64,000 nt of DNA from an uncultured Candidatus Saccharibacteria bacterium (GCA_964645245.1 CAZYBS010000001.1:526-64525); one strand, 5' to 3'. Numbered from the stretch's first letter, positions 8,881-19,097 are shown. Numbers and translations are program-made. Notes: generated by a model from the letters alone, not told the origin.

Positions 8881-11800
8881 TAGCTGGAGTAGCCGGCGTT
8901 GCAGAGCTTACTCCCGGAACTGCCGGGGTAGCCGGTGTTGCAGGAGCGGCCGTACTTACAATATTCCCTACACAGGACTTACCTGTAACTGTGCTGAAAC
9001 CAGTGGTTCTATTGCCACAGCCAGTAATTGCTGTTGGGGTAGTCGCAGTTGTGGTAGGAGTGGTGGTCGTAGTAGTAGAAGGAGTACTTGAACTGCTGGA
9101 GCTGCTGCTCGAGGTACTGGCTGCGGGAGAATAAGATGCTCCTGAAGAAGCCGCAGCGCTGGCAATAAATGTTGGAACGGCTGAAGACGCGCTGCTTGCG
9201 GCCGATTCATCTCCAGTCGAATTTAGCGCGCTGATTTTAAAGTAATAAGTCGTCCCGGAAGTCAAGCCCGTTGCTTGAAAACCCACTGAAGTAGACGAAC
9301 CAGCTAGAGGGAAACTGCTATTATCGGTGGATTGGTAAATATTATAACTGGCAGCGTTGGCTACGGCTGTCCAGCTGAGACCAACAATAGTTCCGCTATT
9401 AGGCTGGATAGAGAGCGTCAGACCAGTTGGTGTGGCTGGAGGAGTTCCGCCGGACGCAACCATTGGGGCAAAGTCGGACAAGTGAGAAACTGTGGCGGTC
9501 AGAGTATTAAGAGTTGTGTCCACGGTGGTTGACAAGGTGTCGTAAGTTTGGTTCGCATCATTCCACACACCAATCACTAGCGATGCTTCACTCGTGCCGG
9601 CGGGCAAATCACCTTCGGTATATGGAATGGTGATTGTAATTTCGTCATTCAAGCTGGAAATCGGCGAGCCGTCAGAACCTACCGCGTCAATTGATACCGC
9701 GTTCTTAGAAAGGATAGCGCCGCTTGGCGGATTAGGCATAGCCGTATTAACCCTAGTCGTGACCGTTGCGGCATTAGAGCCCGTGCCCAATGCGTTGGCC
9801 GGAATTTCCATTTGGAAGAAATTGCCAATGTCAGTGTTGGTTAGGAATCCTCCAGATGCGGGAGTAACAGTTTCCGGACGTTCCGCTTTAATGGTAAAGC
9901 CGGAAATCGCGGTCAAGGCAAGGTTTTGGCCTGAAGGACTATTGTTGCTGACCGTGACCGGTAAAGGACCGCCTTCGTAGCCGTGGCTATGAGCTCTTAT
10001 CGTCCAGGTGCCATTATCCACGTTGAGGGTATAAGCGCCCGCGGCATTAGTCTGGGCTACGGCGTAGCCGCCGGCTCCATCGGTAGCGTCAACAAAGGCA
10101 TTAGACACGCCGCTGGCATCAATGGTAATCGTACCAGTAATGGTTCTGGCAGCAGTAGTTAAGGCGATAGTGCTTACGGCAACGGTTGCGTTTGTCACCG
10201 TAGCGGTGCTTTCGGCCGGAGATTTGTATCCCGGCTTGTCGGCCCGAACTTTATACACTCCCGGCGGAACACTAATACTGAATGTTCCATTGGAAGCGGT
10301 TTGTCCGCCTAAGAAGATAGTGTTGGTTTGTCCAGTTGGAGTTCCGTTCAAAGACACCCAAGCGCCAGATAAAGCCGATCCATCTCCGTTCACTGTTCCA
10401 GTTACCGCATATAGTACTCCAGCCGATGCCGTGTAGGTAATCGTGCGCGTGGTATTAACCCCGGTGGTTGTTCCGACACTGCCATAGGCCGGATGCCCTG
10501 CCCGGACAGTATACGTTCCCGGTGGAACAACCACGGTATAAACCGCGTTGGCGCCGGAAGTGGTTGAGGTTGAAGTAAAGTTACCGCGGCCATTGGAATC
10601 ACGAACTTCCACTCCGGCATTGGCAATGGCATTGGTGCCATCAGTGATATTAATCGTAATGGTGATAGGCGCCGCTTGGGTGCAATTTTTTCCGGAAGTA
10701 GTAGTGTTAGCCGTCACCGCAATACCGGTTACCGGCGTGCCTTCTCCGACTCCCGGGAAATAACAAACAAGCGAATAAGTTCCAGCTGGAACCCTTAAGC
10801 TGTAAGTGCCGTCAGAGCCAGTTGTGGTCATATTGCCGCTAGAGCCCGTAGAATCCTCCGCCCGCACCATCACGCCCTGCACGGCAACAGTTGCCTGCGT
10901 GGCAGTACCGGTAATGGTCCCCATAGATAAACTTTGCGCGGAGAAATCCTGACCGCTGGAACTGCTGGTGGTAATCGTAATAGTTTTGGTTCCCAAGCGT
11001 CCAAAGCCGGGAGCAAAAGCTTCCACGACCCAAGTGCCGGCCGAGACATACAGAGTGTAGGCGCCGTTAGCGTCAGTCGGACCACCGACAAAGTTTCCGC
11101 TATCGCCTCCAACGGCTGTGGTATTGGAAGTGGAAACGACTTTGCGTCCGGAAACACCAGCGTAAGAGATGGCATTGCCTGAATCGTCTTTAATCGTTCC
11201 GGTAATAGTCAAAGTGGTTGCGGCATCAAGCACGAAGGCGAGAGTGGTTGGAGTATTGGCAGATGCGCCCACGGTAATTTGTTTTTCTGGAACCGGCGGC
11301 ATGCCCGGTTTAAACACTCCGCAGAGGTAAACTCCCTGGACTGTCTTTAAGGTAAAGGCCCCGGTAGTTCCAGTTTGGCCGCCGGTGCCGAATCCGCCGG
11401 CCGAACCAGTGGTGGATGCGGCTACTGGACGGCAGAAGACACCAGCACCGGAGACTCCGGTACCCGCAGAATCAACTACGGTTCCAGTAATGGTTTTATC
11501 AGCCGTGGATAAAACGAAGGCCAGCGCCGGGACAGTTGAGTTAGAGACACTGACACCTGCCACATTTACCTGAACGCTTGGCGGAGGCATGAAAGAAAAG
11601 TCCGGTGGTGGTGGAGGCGGAGCGCCCGGAGTAAAGGAAGTTTCCGGCATGGCTGGGCCAACTCCAATATTGTAAGAACTATTGGCCAAAACCGGCAGAG
11701 AATAAGCAACGGGAGACCCGGTCATCGTTAAGGTCTTTTTAGTAAAACCATTGGGCGAAGAAGCAAAAATGTCCACTTTCGTAGTATTGGCCCCATTGAT

Positions 11801-14800
11801 AGTGCCGGAGATTGTTAGAGCCGCGGCATTGCTTAAGGCAAAGTTTTTGGTATGAGTTGCTGCATCCGAGGTAATCTTATGCGACTGGGGCATGGAGTTA
11901 AATGCTACATCAATCGCCGCGGTCGGCTTAAGCCCGACCATATAATCACCGTCGGCCAGATTAGTAAAGGTCGCGACACCGGCAATACTGACGGTGGCCG
12001 TAGTAGCTTCTTGTCCTCCGGTAGCCGGACTGAATAAGTAGACGGTAACACTGTTAATACCTTCTCCAGAATCATTTGTACCATTTGTGTTAGCATCTTT
12101 AAATACATTCACCGTCAAAGTGCGAGAACCGGCAGCGCCCAAGAAGAACGGCGCCGCGGTTATGGTCTGTAAAGTTGCCCGATTATTGGCAGATGTATTT
12201 TTGGTCTGCATAGTCACAGTGTAGCCACTGCTTGAAGGTACTGTAGAATTAACAATGCCCGAAAGGTCCATGCAGATGAATGAATTGGCTCCGGTGGCTG
12301 CGGCTGCGGTAGTGGTAATGGTAATGGTACCTGCATCATTGTTAGCAACAACCGTATCAATAACAGGCGCGCCGGTAGCCGGACCGTTTAAGTCGGCATT
12401 GCAGAAACTTAAGGCTACAGCCACCTTGTCCGCTGCGGTCAGAGTAAACCCGGCAGGAAAAGTCAGAACAATCTGGCCGGTAGCAGGAATAGAGGTTCCG
12501 GCCAAAAATTCCACGTGATAATTGGAAGTAGCTCCAGCTCCCCGACTCATTGGCATCACCCGGCTCGGATTCATACCTTGCATACTCATGTCAATCGTGC
12601 CCCCGCCCGGACCAATTAGACCGCCGGAAGTGGCGGAATTGGCAACTGTGCCAAATTGAGTGTTCAAGGCAGGAGTACCAGTAACATCCATAACTTGGCT
12701 ACTCAAGTCTTGAACAACCGAAGAAACTGTGATTTTAAAAGTTGCAGGAGTTTCAGTGGTTCCATTTTGCAAGGACAAACCGGTAATGCGGGCCGTCTTG
12801 GTTCCCGCTTCATAGACTACAGTCTTCCCGCCTAAAGAGATGGAAGAACCGACAGGGCTTTCCAGAGTGAAGTTGGCAATATTGTCCGCCGCATTCGGTC
12901 CTCCACCTGATTTCATTTGTTCGGAGAAAGTAACAGCCACGCTGAAGTTATCGGCGTTAGCAAAAGTGAGTATTGGCTTGACCGTATCGGCGGTAGCTGT
13001 AGTGGTGAAGGCCGAAGTGTAATTGGCGGCCAGCGCGTTGGCTGAAAGGTCTTTGACGCGCGGATCACTTCCCCCACCGATTATCGTGAAGGTGTACTGT
13101 CCGTTTGAACCGCCGCCGGAACTGGATTCAAGGGCCGTACTTGGAGAAAAGCTGACAGACCGACTCTGTGGATTATAGGTAACACTGCCGGTAACTGCGG
13201 CGCTATTGCTGGTTTTCTTTAATGTTACAGTATTGGCGTTGATAGTAGAGGGATCCATATCCTCGCTGAAGCCAGCCGTCACGACTGTGCCAAGGGCAGC
13301 ACCCGTGGCGGCGTTGGCCGGCGAAACGCCTGAGACTGTCGGCGCTGTGGTGTCAGCTGCACCCGATGGTGTATGGAAGAATAAGAAATATGGCGCCGTA
13401 AGTACCGCACCCGTGGCGCTCGTTGCCGTAATGTTGACTTTGGCCACATAGCCGGTTGCTGCGGTCAAGGCCGAGGACGGGGTAAGTGTGACTGTTTTGG
13501 AAGGCGAATCATAAGCTTTGGTAGTAGTCACAGCGATTCCAGGAGCGCCGTTGACATCGGTAAACAATCCAATGTTGGCCGCATCGGTAATTGAACCTCC
13601 CCCGCTTGAGGCCATATCCACGCTAAATGTTAATTTAATAGGCGCGCCAATCGGATGAGTCTGGCTTCCCGGACTTGGCTGGCTGGATTGAACAAATGGA
13701 GGTGTGGTATTGGTTCCGCCGGTTGAGCCGGTGGTAAAGGTTACTGTTCCGTTGGCTGCCAGGGCATTGCCGGCGGAATCCTTAACTCCGGTAGTGACTG
13801 TCGTAACGTAAGTCGTAGAAATAGTCAAGTTGGCGGGAGCGTTGTCTAATCGCAATGCCGTGCCATTAACCGCGGCAGCGCCGGTGACAATGTGAAAGAC
13901 GTAAGAGTTATTGTTAAAGGCGTTGGCCGTGGTTTTGGCCATGACAATATCGCCGAACGAAAGCGCAGTGGCGGCAGTTACCGCTCCTTCTGCCCCTGGA
14001 GTGATTTTGGAAACTTGAGAAGAAGCGGCAAAAGTTGGAGCTCCACCGGTAGCGCCGTCTAAGCGTAAAGTTGTAGGCGCGATATCAGTAGTAATATTCT
14101 GGGCTGTAGTAACTATATGCCAAGCAAAAGAGTCAAGATTGTCTCCGTTGGTAGTAACTTTGGCAAATACCAAATCACCGACTACAAAGTTAATGCCGCT
14201 GTCTACACTACCCACCACTTGACTTGAGGCGTTAACTGCAGAAGTATCGTTAGGAGCAATGGTTGAAAATTTAGAGCCGGAAACATAAGCCGGCGCCGCT
14301 CCCGCACCGTCAAGTCTTAGAGAAGTGTTATTAACTGCAGCACCAGTTGTTACTATATGCCAGTTATATTTAACATCAGTAGGGTTGGTTGTAGTATTTA
14401 CGACAATTATATCACCGGCGGTGACAGAAGTCGCAGCAGTGACAGCGCCCGTGGCCGTCGGAGTGGCAACCTTGGTGACCTGGCTGGAACCATGCAAGGG
14501 AAAACCGTTGAAAGCGAATGTTCCAGAAGTCAAGGTAGCATCTGTGATTAAACCAACGTCTGACGGGAAGGTTTCGTGCTGTTTGATGACAATATCACCA
14601 ACTGTGGGAGAAGCATAACCGGTGGGCGGCTGCGGAGAAATAGGATTGGTGCCGGCAATCGGATAGAAAGCGGTGGAAGTGCTCCCGAGCTTGGCAAAAC
14701 GCGAGCTGTCCGCAAAAGTTGGGGTATTGGAAACAACCACATCAAAGCCATCGGGGAATGGTCGAATACCGGCGCCCACCGGAGTGCCGCCACTGGTGAA

Positions 14801-15514
14801 GGTGACATTGGAAGGAGTGATGGTTGACTGGTCAATATTTTCACTGAAACAAACGTGAACGAATGTAGAAATAGGAACACCGGTTGAAAGATTGGCTGGA
14901 CCGGTGCAGCTGGCGCTCACGGTCGGAACGACTGTATCAATCGTTAAAGCTTGGACTGCGGCAGCTAATAAAGCTGTGCCAAGCGCCGCTCCTCCAGTTC
15001 CCCCTGCGGTAATGGCGTTGGCTGCCATAGTCGCCTTAAAAGCGTGGCCGTTGACTGCTCCAGCAGCGGTGCTGGCTGTCACGATATACCAAGAAGCGGC
15101 TGCGCCTATCGTCTCCCCTGTAACAGTAATGGTAGTTGTGGAGCCGACATTAACCGTTGTTTGTGTTCCCTTGACTGTGTCTCCACCATCTAAAATATTA
15201 TCAGCTGATTTAAAAACTTTAAGATTGGTAAAATCTCCCGTCACGGTCGGACCGGCGGTGCTTTCAATACTGACCACGACTTGTGTGATTGTGTTATCGG
15301 CATTATTTCCGGTTAACTGAAATCGAATAAGAGGGGTATCCGTGCTACTTGCTTTGATTGTCTGGGAAGGGGTTACCACGCCGGCCGGCGCTGTGGTTTC
15401 AGAAACGGCTGCGTAGACAACAGTGTATACCACTACGCTTAATAAAATAAAAACAGCAAAAATTGCTGTTAGTATTGCGACTGGAGAAAACATTTTTCTA
15501 AGAGAAATATTCAT
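8651..15514 (-). CDS. giant cell-surface protein (2287 aa) with Ig-like / carboxypeptidase-regulatory-like / FN3 repeats and C-terminal peptidoglycan-binding (PG_binding_1-like) domain
   Basis: N-terminal signal/TM, Thr/Ala/Gly/Val-rich beta-repeat body, FN3-like segment (GTTYYFKISALN), C-terminal ...LDGKLGPKTIAVIKQWQKDNGLKADGLIGKKT. Confidence 0.7.
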   Translation of the reverse strand: MNISLRKMFSPVAILTAIFAVFILLSVVVYTVVYAAVSETTAPAGVVTPSQTIKASSTDTPLIRFQLTGNNADNTITQVVVSIESTAGPTVTGDFTNLKVFKSADNILDGGDTVKGTQTTVNVGSTTTITVTGETIGAAASWYIVTASTAAGAVNGHAFKATMAANAITAGGTGGAALGTALLAAAVQALTIDTVVPTVSASCTGPANLSTGVPISTFVHVCFSENIDQSTITPSNVTFTSGGTPVGAGIRPFPDGFDVVVSNTPTFADSSRFAKLGSTSTAFYPIAGTNPISPQPPTGYASPTVGDIVIKQHETFPSDVGLITDATLTSGTFAFNGFPLHGSSQVTKVATPTATGAVTAATSVTAGDIIVVNTTTNPTDVKYNWHIVTTGAAVNNTSLRLDGAGAAPAYVSGSKFSTIAPNDTSAVNASSQVVGSVDSGINFVVGDLVFAKVTTNGDNLDSFAWHIVTTAQNITTDIAPTTLRLDGATGGAPTFAASSQVSKITPGAEGAVTAATALSFGDIVMAKTTANAFNNNSYVFHIVTGAAAVNGTALRLDNAPANLTISTTYVTTVTTGVKDSAGNALAANGTVTFTTGSTGGTNTTPPFVQSSQPSPGSQTHPIGAPIKLTFSVDMASSGGGSITDAANIGLFTDVNGAPGIAVTTTKAYDSPSKTVTLTPSSALTAATGYVAKVNITATSATGAVLTAPYFLFFHTPSGAADTTAPTVSGVSPANAATGAALGTVVTAGFSEDMDPSTINANTVTLKKTSNSAAVTGSVTYNPQSRSVSFSPSTALESSSGGGSNGQYTFTIIGGGSDPRVKDLSANALAANYTSAFTTTATADTVKPILTFANADNFSVAVTFSEQMKSGGGPNAADNIANFTLESPVGSSISLGGKTVVYEAGTKTARITGLSLQNGTTETPATFKITVSSVVQDLSSQVMDVTGTPALNTQFGTVANSATSGGLIGPGGGTIDMSMQGMNPSRVMPMSRGAGATSNYHVEFLAGTSIPATGQIVLTFPAGFTLTAADKVAVALSFCNADLNGPATGAPVIDTVVANNDAGTITITTTAAAATGANSFICMDLSGIVNSTVPSSSGYTVTMQTKNTSANNRATLQTITAAPFFLGAAGSRTLTVNVFKDANTNGTNDSGEGINSVTVYLFSPATGGQEATTATVSIAGVATFTNLADGDYMVGLKPTAAIDVAFNSMPQSHKITSDAATHTKNFALSNAAALTISGTINGANTTKVDIFASSPNGFTKKTLTMTGSPVAYSLPVLANSSYNIGVGPAMPETSFTPGAPPPPPPDFSFMPPPSVQVNVAGVSVSNSTVPALAFVLSTADKTITGTVVDSAGTGVSGAGVFCRPVAASTTGSAGGFGTGGQTGTTGAFTLKTVQGVYLCGVFKPGMPPVPEKQITVGASANTPTTLAFVLDAATTLTITGTIKDDSGNAISYAGVSGRKVVSTSNTTAVGGDSGNFVGGPTDANGAYTLYVSAGTWVVEAFAPGFGRLGTKTITITTSSSSGQDFSAQSLSMGTITGTATQATVAVQGVMVRAEDSTGSSGNMTTTGSDGTYSLRVPAGTYSLVCYFPGVGEGTPVTGIAVTANTTTSGKNCTQAAPITITINITDGTNAIANAGVEVRDSNGRGNFTSTSTTSGANAVYTVVVPPGTYTVRAGHPAYGSVGTTTGVNTTRTITYTASAGVLYAVTGTVNGDGSALSGAWVSLNGTPTGQTNTIFLGGQTASNGTFSISVPPGVYKVRADKPGYKSPAESTATVTNATVAVSTIALTTAARTITGTITIDASGVSNAFVDATDGAGGYAVAQTNAAGAYTLNVDNGTWTIRAHSHGYEGGPLPVTVSNNSPSGQNLALTAISGFTIKAERPETVTPASGGFLTNTDIGNFFQMEIPANALGTGSNAATVTTRVNTAMPNPPSGAILSKNAVSIDAVGSDGSPISSLNDEITITIPYTEGDLPAGTSEASLVIGVWNDANQTYDTLSTTVDTTLNTLTATVSHLSDFAPMVASGGTPPATPTGLTLSIQPNSGTIVGLSWTAVANAASYNIYQSTDNSSFPLAGSSTSVGFQATGLTSGTTYYFKISALNSTGDESAASSASSAVPTFIASAAASSGASYSPAASTSSSSSSSSSTPSTTTTTTPTTTATTPTAITGCGNRTTGFSTVTGKSCVGNIVSTAAPATPATPAVPGVSSATPATPATPYNFGTVTLKSGSKGEPVKELQRFLNKVLNLGLVLDGKLGPKTIAVIKQWQKDNGLKADGLIGKKTKALMNAMAK

Positions 15515-15615
15515 AAAAATATTTAAGATTAAAAGCTAATAAAAAAGACGACGTTCTTTTTATATATAAAAGTCATTTTTTATTATACCACTAATTTATT
15601 ACACCACACTTAAGA

Positions 15616-15627
15616 TGTGGATAACTC
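15616..15627 (-). promoter_or_regulatory. GAGTTATCCACA upstream element, 28 nt before tggtataat (promoter of giant surface gene)
   Basis: gagttatccacatcttaagtgtggtgtaataaattagtggtataat. Confidence 0.5.
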
Positions 15628-15633
15628 AAACAC

Positions 15634-15661
15634 AAAAAACCACTCTGAAAAGTGGTTTTTT
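15634..15661 (-). terminator. rho-independent terminator hairpin
   Basis: aaaaaaccactctgaaaagtggtttttt, stem flanked by A/T runs (potentially bidirectional). Confidence 0.6.
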
Positions 15662-15666
15662 GCATT

Positions 15667-15726
15667 CACCTCTCCCCTTCGCCCCTCTCCATAAGAGAGC
15701 TTATGGAGAGGGGTTGGGGTGAGGCT
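15667..15726. repeat. family-1 GC palindrome downstream of 15744-16547 gene
   Basis: cctctccccttcgcccctctccataagagagcttatggagaggggttggggtgagg. Confidence 0.8.
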
Positions 15727-15743
15727 ACTAATTTACAAATTTT

Positions 15744-15970
15744 CTACTTCGCCATCGCATTCATCAGAGCTTTTGTTTTCTTGCCGATCAGGCCATCAGC
15801 TTTCAGGCCATTGTCCTTTTGCCATTTCTTGATGACGGCAATGGTCTTGGGACCAAGTTTACCATCCAGGACTAGACCCAGATTCAAGACTTTGTTCAAG
15901 AATCTTTGCAGTTCCTTGACTGGTTCACCTTTACTGCCGCTCTTCAGAGTAGTGGTGCCGAAGTTGTAGG
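15744..15970 (-). repeat. peptidoglycan-binding-domain 3' cassette, copy 2
   Basis: ~230 bp ~93% identical to 8651-8880. Confidence 0.8.
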
Positions 15971-16547
15971 GACCGGCCGAAACTGGAGAGACAACACCGC
16001 TGACACACAGTGCGCCAGTTGAGGTATTGTATTTATTGCCTCCGGAACAGCCGGGAGAAACCGTCGTCATGGTAACTTCTGGAGAAATGGTCAAGGCGAC
16101 GGGTGTCGTACTCGTCGCTACGGTTGCAGTCGGTGAAGCTGAAGAGGAACCTCCCCCGCCGCCTCCGCCGGAAACTAATCCTCCGCTACCGCCGAAAGTA
16201 CAAGCGGTAGAAGTAGGCGTAAAGATTACCGTCGTTGCTCCGGTAACCAGAACCGAGTTCTGAGAAAGGTTACAAGACTGAGCCAGACCCAAGTTATTCG
16301 TCAAGGTATCTCTAAGCGGAGACACCAAGGTTAAGGTACTGGAAGCCGGCACCGTCACGGTCAGCGTCGTCGCGCCGACTTCTATTGTCGTGGCCGCTGA
16401 ATTAGCTGTAATCGTGTAGTCGCGGCTATTAACCGTGACTGTCGTATCAACGCTGAAAGTCAAGTCAGCCGCTTGCGCAACCGAAACGACTCCAACACAG
16501 AGAGACAAGACAGCTATTAACAAACCGATTTTTAATTTTTTAATCAT
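15744..16547 (-). CDS. secreted protein with the same C-terminal peptidoglycan-binding domain
   Basis: signal peptide MIKKLKIGLLIAVLSLCVGVVSVAQA; last ~70 aa ~93% identical at DNA level to the end of the giant gene. Confidence 0.6.
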   Translation of the reverse strand: MIKKLKIGLLIAVLSLCVGVVSVAQAADLTFSVDTTVTVNSRDYTITANSAATTIEVGATTLTVTVPASSTLTLVSPLRDTLTNNLGLAQSCNLSQNSVLVTGATTVIFTPTSTACTFGGSGGLVSGGGGGGGSSSASPTATVATSTTPVALTISPEVTMTTVSPGCSGGNKYNTSTGALCVSGVVSPVSAGPYNFGTTTLKSGSKGEPVKELQRFLNKVLNLGLVLDGKLGPKTIAVIKKWQKDNGLKADGLIGKKTKALMNAMAK

Positions 16548-16641
16548 TTTGTTTTTAAGATTATATATACGGGATTCGACCCAGAGAAAGTTTCAAGAAA
16601 AATCCCGTATATTTATTTGTTGATAATGTACTTAACTTAAG

Positions 16642-16679
16642 CCTGCCCGCAATGCTACGCATATAGCGTTGCAGGCGGG
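16642..16679. repeat. family-3 palindrome, intergenic, just downstream of the 16691 gene stop
   Basis: cctgcccgcaatgctacgcatatagcgttgcaggcggg. Confidence 0.75.
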
Positions 16680-16690
16680 AAACAAAATAA

Positions 16691-18886
16691 TTATTTGTTG
16701 GTATAAACACTCCAAGTATTTGCAGCTGTGTTCACGAAAGTTAATTCAATATCTGTACCTGAAGCAACTGTTGCAGTTCCAATAATTGTCATACCTGAAG
16801 CTCCAGCAGTAATGGTCAAGGTTTGAGCACCACCGAGGTTAGCAAACACTACTCTGAATGTATCCCCAACTGCGACACCTGGAATAGCAGCAGAAAGAAG
16901 AGTACCAGTAGGGAAAGTAACCGTACCTGCCCCCGTAGCACTTGTTTGAGTTAGAACACCACCTAGAGTCTGAGCTGCTGTTGGAGTAGAGTTTTGAACT
17001 GTACCAAGTGCAGTAGTCGTCGTACTAAACAATGGAACTCTTAATGTGCCTCGTCCAAGGGAAATAAAACCATTAGCACCAGCCGTACCACCATTAGCAC
17101 CACCACCAGCACCTGGAACTAAGGTTACATTTCCACCAGCACCACCAGTACCAGAAGCACCACCTGACAAACCACCAGCACCTGCTGTTAAGCCCAATGC
17201 GCCACCAGCACCAGATGTACCAGCGTTAGTTGAGTTTGCTCCACCAGTACCTGTCGTAATTGATACAGCACCACCAGCACCTGAGCCATTAGTTGCACCC
17301 GTAGCAACACCACCATTTCCAACGGTAACAGTCAATGCGCCACCAGCGCCACCAACAGTAGCTGCAGCTGCAGTAGAACCAACACCTGTTGTAAGAGTAA
17401 TCGCACCACCGGCCGTGCCACCTGTAGAAGCAGTACCACCTGCGCCAGCAGTTATAGCAACAGCTCCACCAGCAGCTAGAGTACCAGCAGCACCTGCTTG
17501 GACTGTAACAGTACCTGGGGTATTTCCTAAGTTAGCAGTTCCAGATTGAACTGTTACATCACCAGAAGCACCACCAGTCGCAACACCTGATCTAAGAGAA
17601 ACCGCACCGGAAGCGCCGGAAGTTGTAGTACCAGAAAGGAAAGCAACAGTTCCGGAAGCGCCGGAAGTTGAACCACCAGCACCAGAAGTAAGAGCAACCG
17701 CGCCACCTGCGCCAGTTACACCACCTGCACCAGCAACACCAGTAACGGCACCACCAGCAGCAGCGACAGAACCAGCACCAGCTGTCAATGTAACAGCACC
17801 ACCAGCCGCACCAGTTGTGGCTGAGCCAACACCTGCAGCACCAGCAGTAAGAGTAATAGCACCAGCGGCACCGGATGTACCGGCACCAGAAGGAGCACCA
17901 GAAGCACCAGCAGTAAGCGAGTATGAACCACCAGCACCGGATGTACCAGTAGTAGTAGTGCCACCAGCGCCGAGAGTAACAGTAGAAGCACCACCGGCGC
18001 CACCTGTACCAGCACCAGAAGCATTACCTCCAGCGCCAGCTGTAAGGGTAGATGCGCCACCGGCGCCACCTGTACCCGTGACAGTAACGCCACCAGCACC
18101 AAGAGTTACGGTAGAAGCACCACCGGCACCACCAGTGTTACCTAATGTAGCCGCACTACCTGCACCCGAAGTTAAAGAGTAAGCACCACCTGCACCTGCA
18201 GAAGCGCCGGCAGTTGTGCCTGCAGCACCAGCAACAAGTGTAATTGCACCACCTGCACCTTGTCCGCCAGTTCCGCCAGCGCCAGCTGTAACAGTAACTG
18301 CGCCACCGGCGCCAGTTCCGGCACCGTTAGCACCCGCGGTAATTGCAACCGTACCCGGAGTGTTAGCGGCAGTCGTTGTACCTGAAGAGAGAGTTACCGC
18401 ACCAGAGACACCGGCTGTGGCATTACCAGAACCTAAAGCAACAGCACCCGAAGCACCGGAAGTAGTCGTGCCTGTAGCGACAGTCAATGCGCCTGAAGCG
18501 CCAGAAGTTGCGCCTCCAGCACCAGTAGTAACAGAAATAGCACCACCGGCACCAGTTGCGCCACCGGCACCAGCCGTCACTGCGCTAGCACCACCAGCCG
18601 CACTACCTTGACCTGCGCCAGCAATTAGAGAAGATGCGCCACCGGCAGAGTTGCCAGCCGTACCTGCACCGGAAGTTAACAAAATAGCACCACCAACACC
18701 CGTAGTTGAACCTCCAGCACCAGCTGTCACAGTGATAGCATCACCGGCTGCTGAAGCAGAACCTTGCGCGCTAGTAACACTTGTTGCGGCAACAGTCAGA
18801 GTTGCGCTAGCCTGACCCGCGCCGACAAATGCGACCAGAGCCAGAGACATCAAAATTAAACCTAAACCTTTAAATAATTTTTTCAT
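16691..18886 (-). CDS. Gly/Ala/Thr-rich highly repetitive secreted protein (putative surface fibril/adhesin)
   Basis: start set at MKKLFKGLGLILMSLALVAFVGAGQASA signal peptide; >600 aa of GAGGxTxGAxGAVTxT degenerate repeats; distinct beta-rich C-terminal domain. Confidence 0.55.
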   Translation of the reverse strand: MKKLFKGLGLILMSLALVAFVGAGQASATLTVAATSVTSAQGSASAAGDAITVTAGAGGSTTGVGGAILLTSGAGTAGNSAGGASSLIAGAGQGSAAGGASAVTAGAGGATGAGGAISVTTGAGGATSGASGALTVATGTTTSGASGAVALGSGNATAGVSGAVTLSSGTTTAANTPGTVAITAGANGAGTGAGGAVTVTAGAGGTGGQGAGGAITLVAGAAGTTAGASAGAGGAYSLTSGAGSAATLGNTGGAGGASTVTLGAGGVTVTGTGGAGGASTLTAGAGGNASGAGTGGAGGASTVTLGAGGTTTTGTSGAGGSYSLTAGASGAPSGAGTSGAAGAITLTAGAAGVGSATTGAAGGAVTLTAGAGSVAAAGGAVTGVAGAGGVTGAGGAVALTSGAGGSTSGASGTVAFLSGTTTSGASGAVSLRSGVATGGASGDVTVQSGTANLGNTPGTVTVQAGAAGTLAAGGAVAITAGAGGTASTGGTAGGAITLTTGVGSTAAAATVGGAGGALTVTVGNGGVATGATNGSGAGGAVSITTGTGGANSTNAGTSGAGGALGLTAGAGGLSGGASGTGGAGGNVTLVPGAGGGANGGTAGANGFISLGRGTLRVPLFSTTTTALGTVQNSTPTAAQTLGGVLTQTSATGAGTVTFPTGTLLSAAIPGVAVGDTFRVVFANLGGAQTLTITAGASGMTIIGTATVASGTDIELTFVNTAANTWSVYTNK

Positions 18887-19085
18887 AATCTTTTTCAGCC
18901 CGAGGCTGATCCGCCTTGGGCGGAAATAATAATTAATAATAATGTCACTAATAATTTTCCTCAATCGCCTAAGAGTGCCCTTAAGGGAATGCACTGTAAG
19001 ACAATTCAAGATGACAAAAGCGTATTCGACTCGCCAATGTGTCCCTAATTATACAATAGGAACAAATATTATGACACAAGGGGGG

Positions 19086-19097
19086 TGTGGATAACCC
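19086..19097 (-). promoter_or_regulatory. GGGTTATCCACA upstream element, ~32 nt before ttgtataat (promoter of Gly-rich surface gene)
   Basis: gggttatccacaccccccttgtgtcataatatttgttcctattgtataat. Confidence 0.45.

Noticed and set aside
8688-15320. Many 60-140 aa + strand ORFs inside the giant surface-protein gene
   Set aside because: Compositional artefacts of a long Thr/Ala/Gly-rich minus-strand gene; no ribosome-binding or promoter signals and they overlap a convincing 2287-aa ORF.
17046-18611. Proline-rich + strand ORFs (17046-17549, 17817-18182, 18216-18611)
   Set aside because: Antisense read-through of the Gly/Ala-rich repeats of the 16691-18886 gene (GGN antisense is NCC, giving Pro); no independent start or promoter context.
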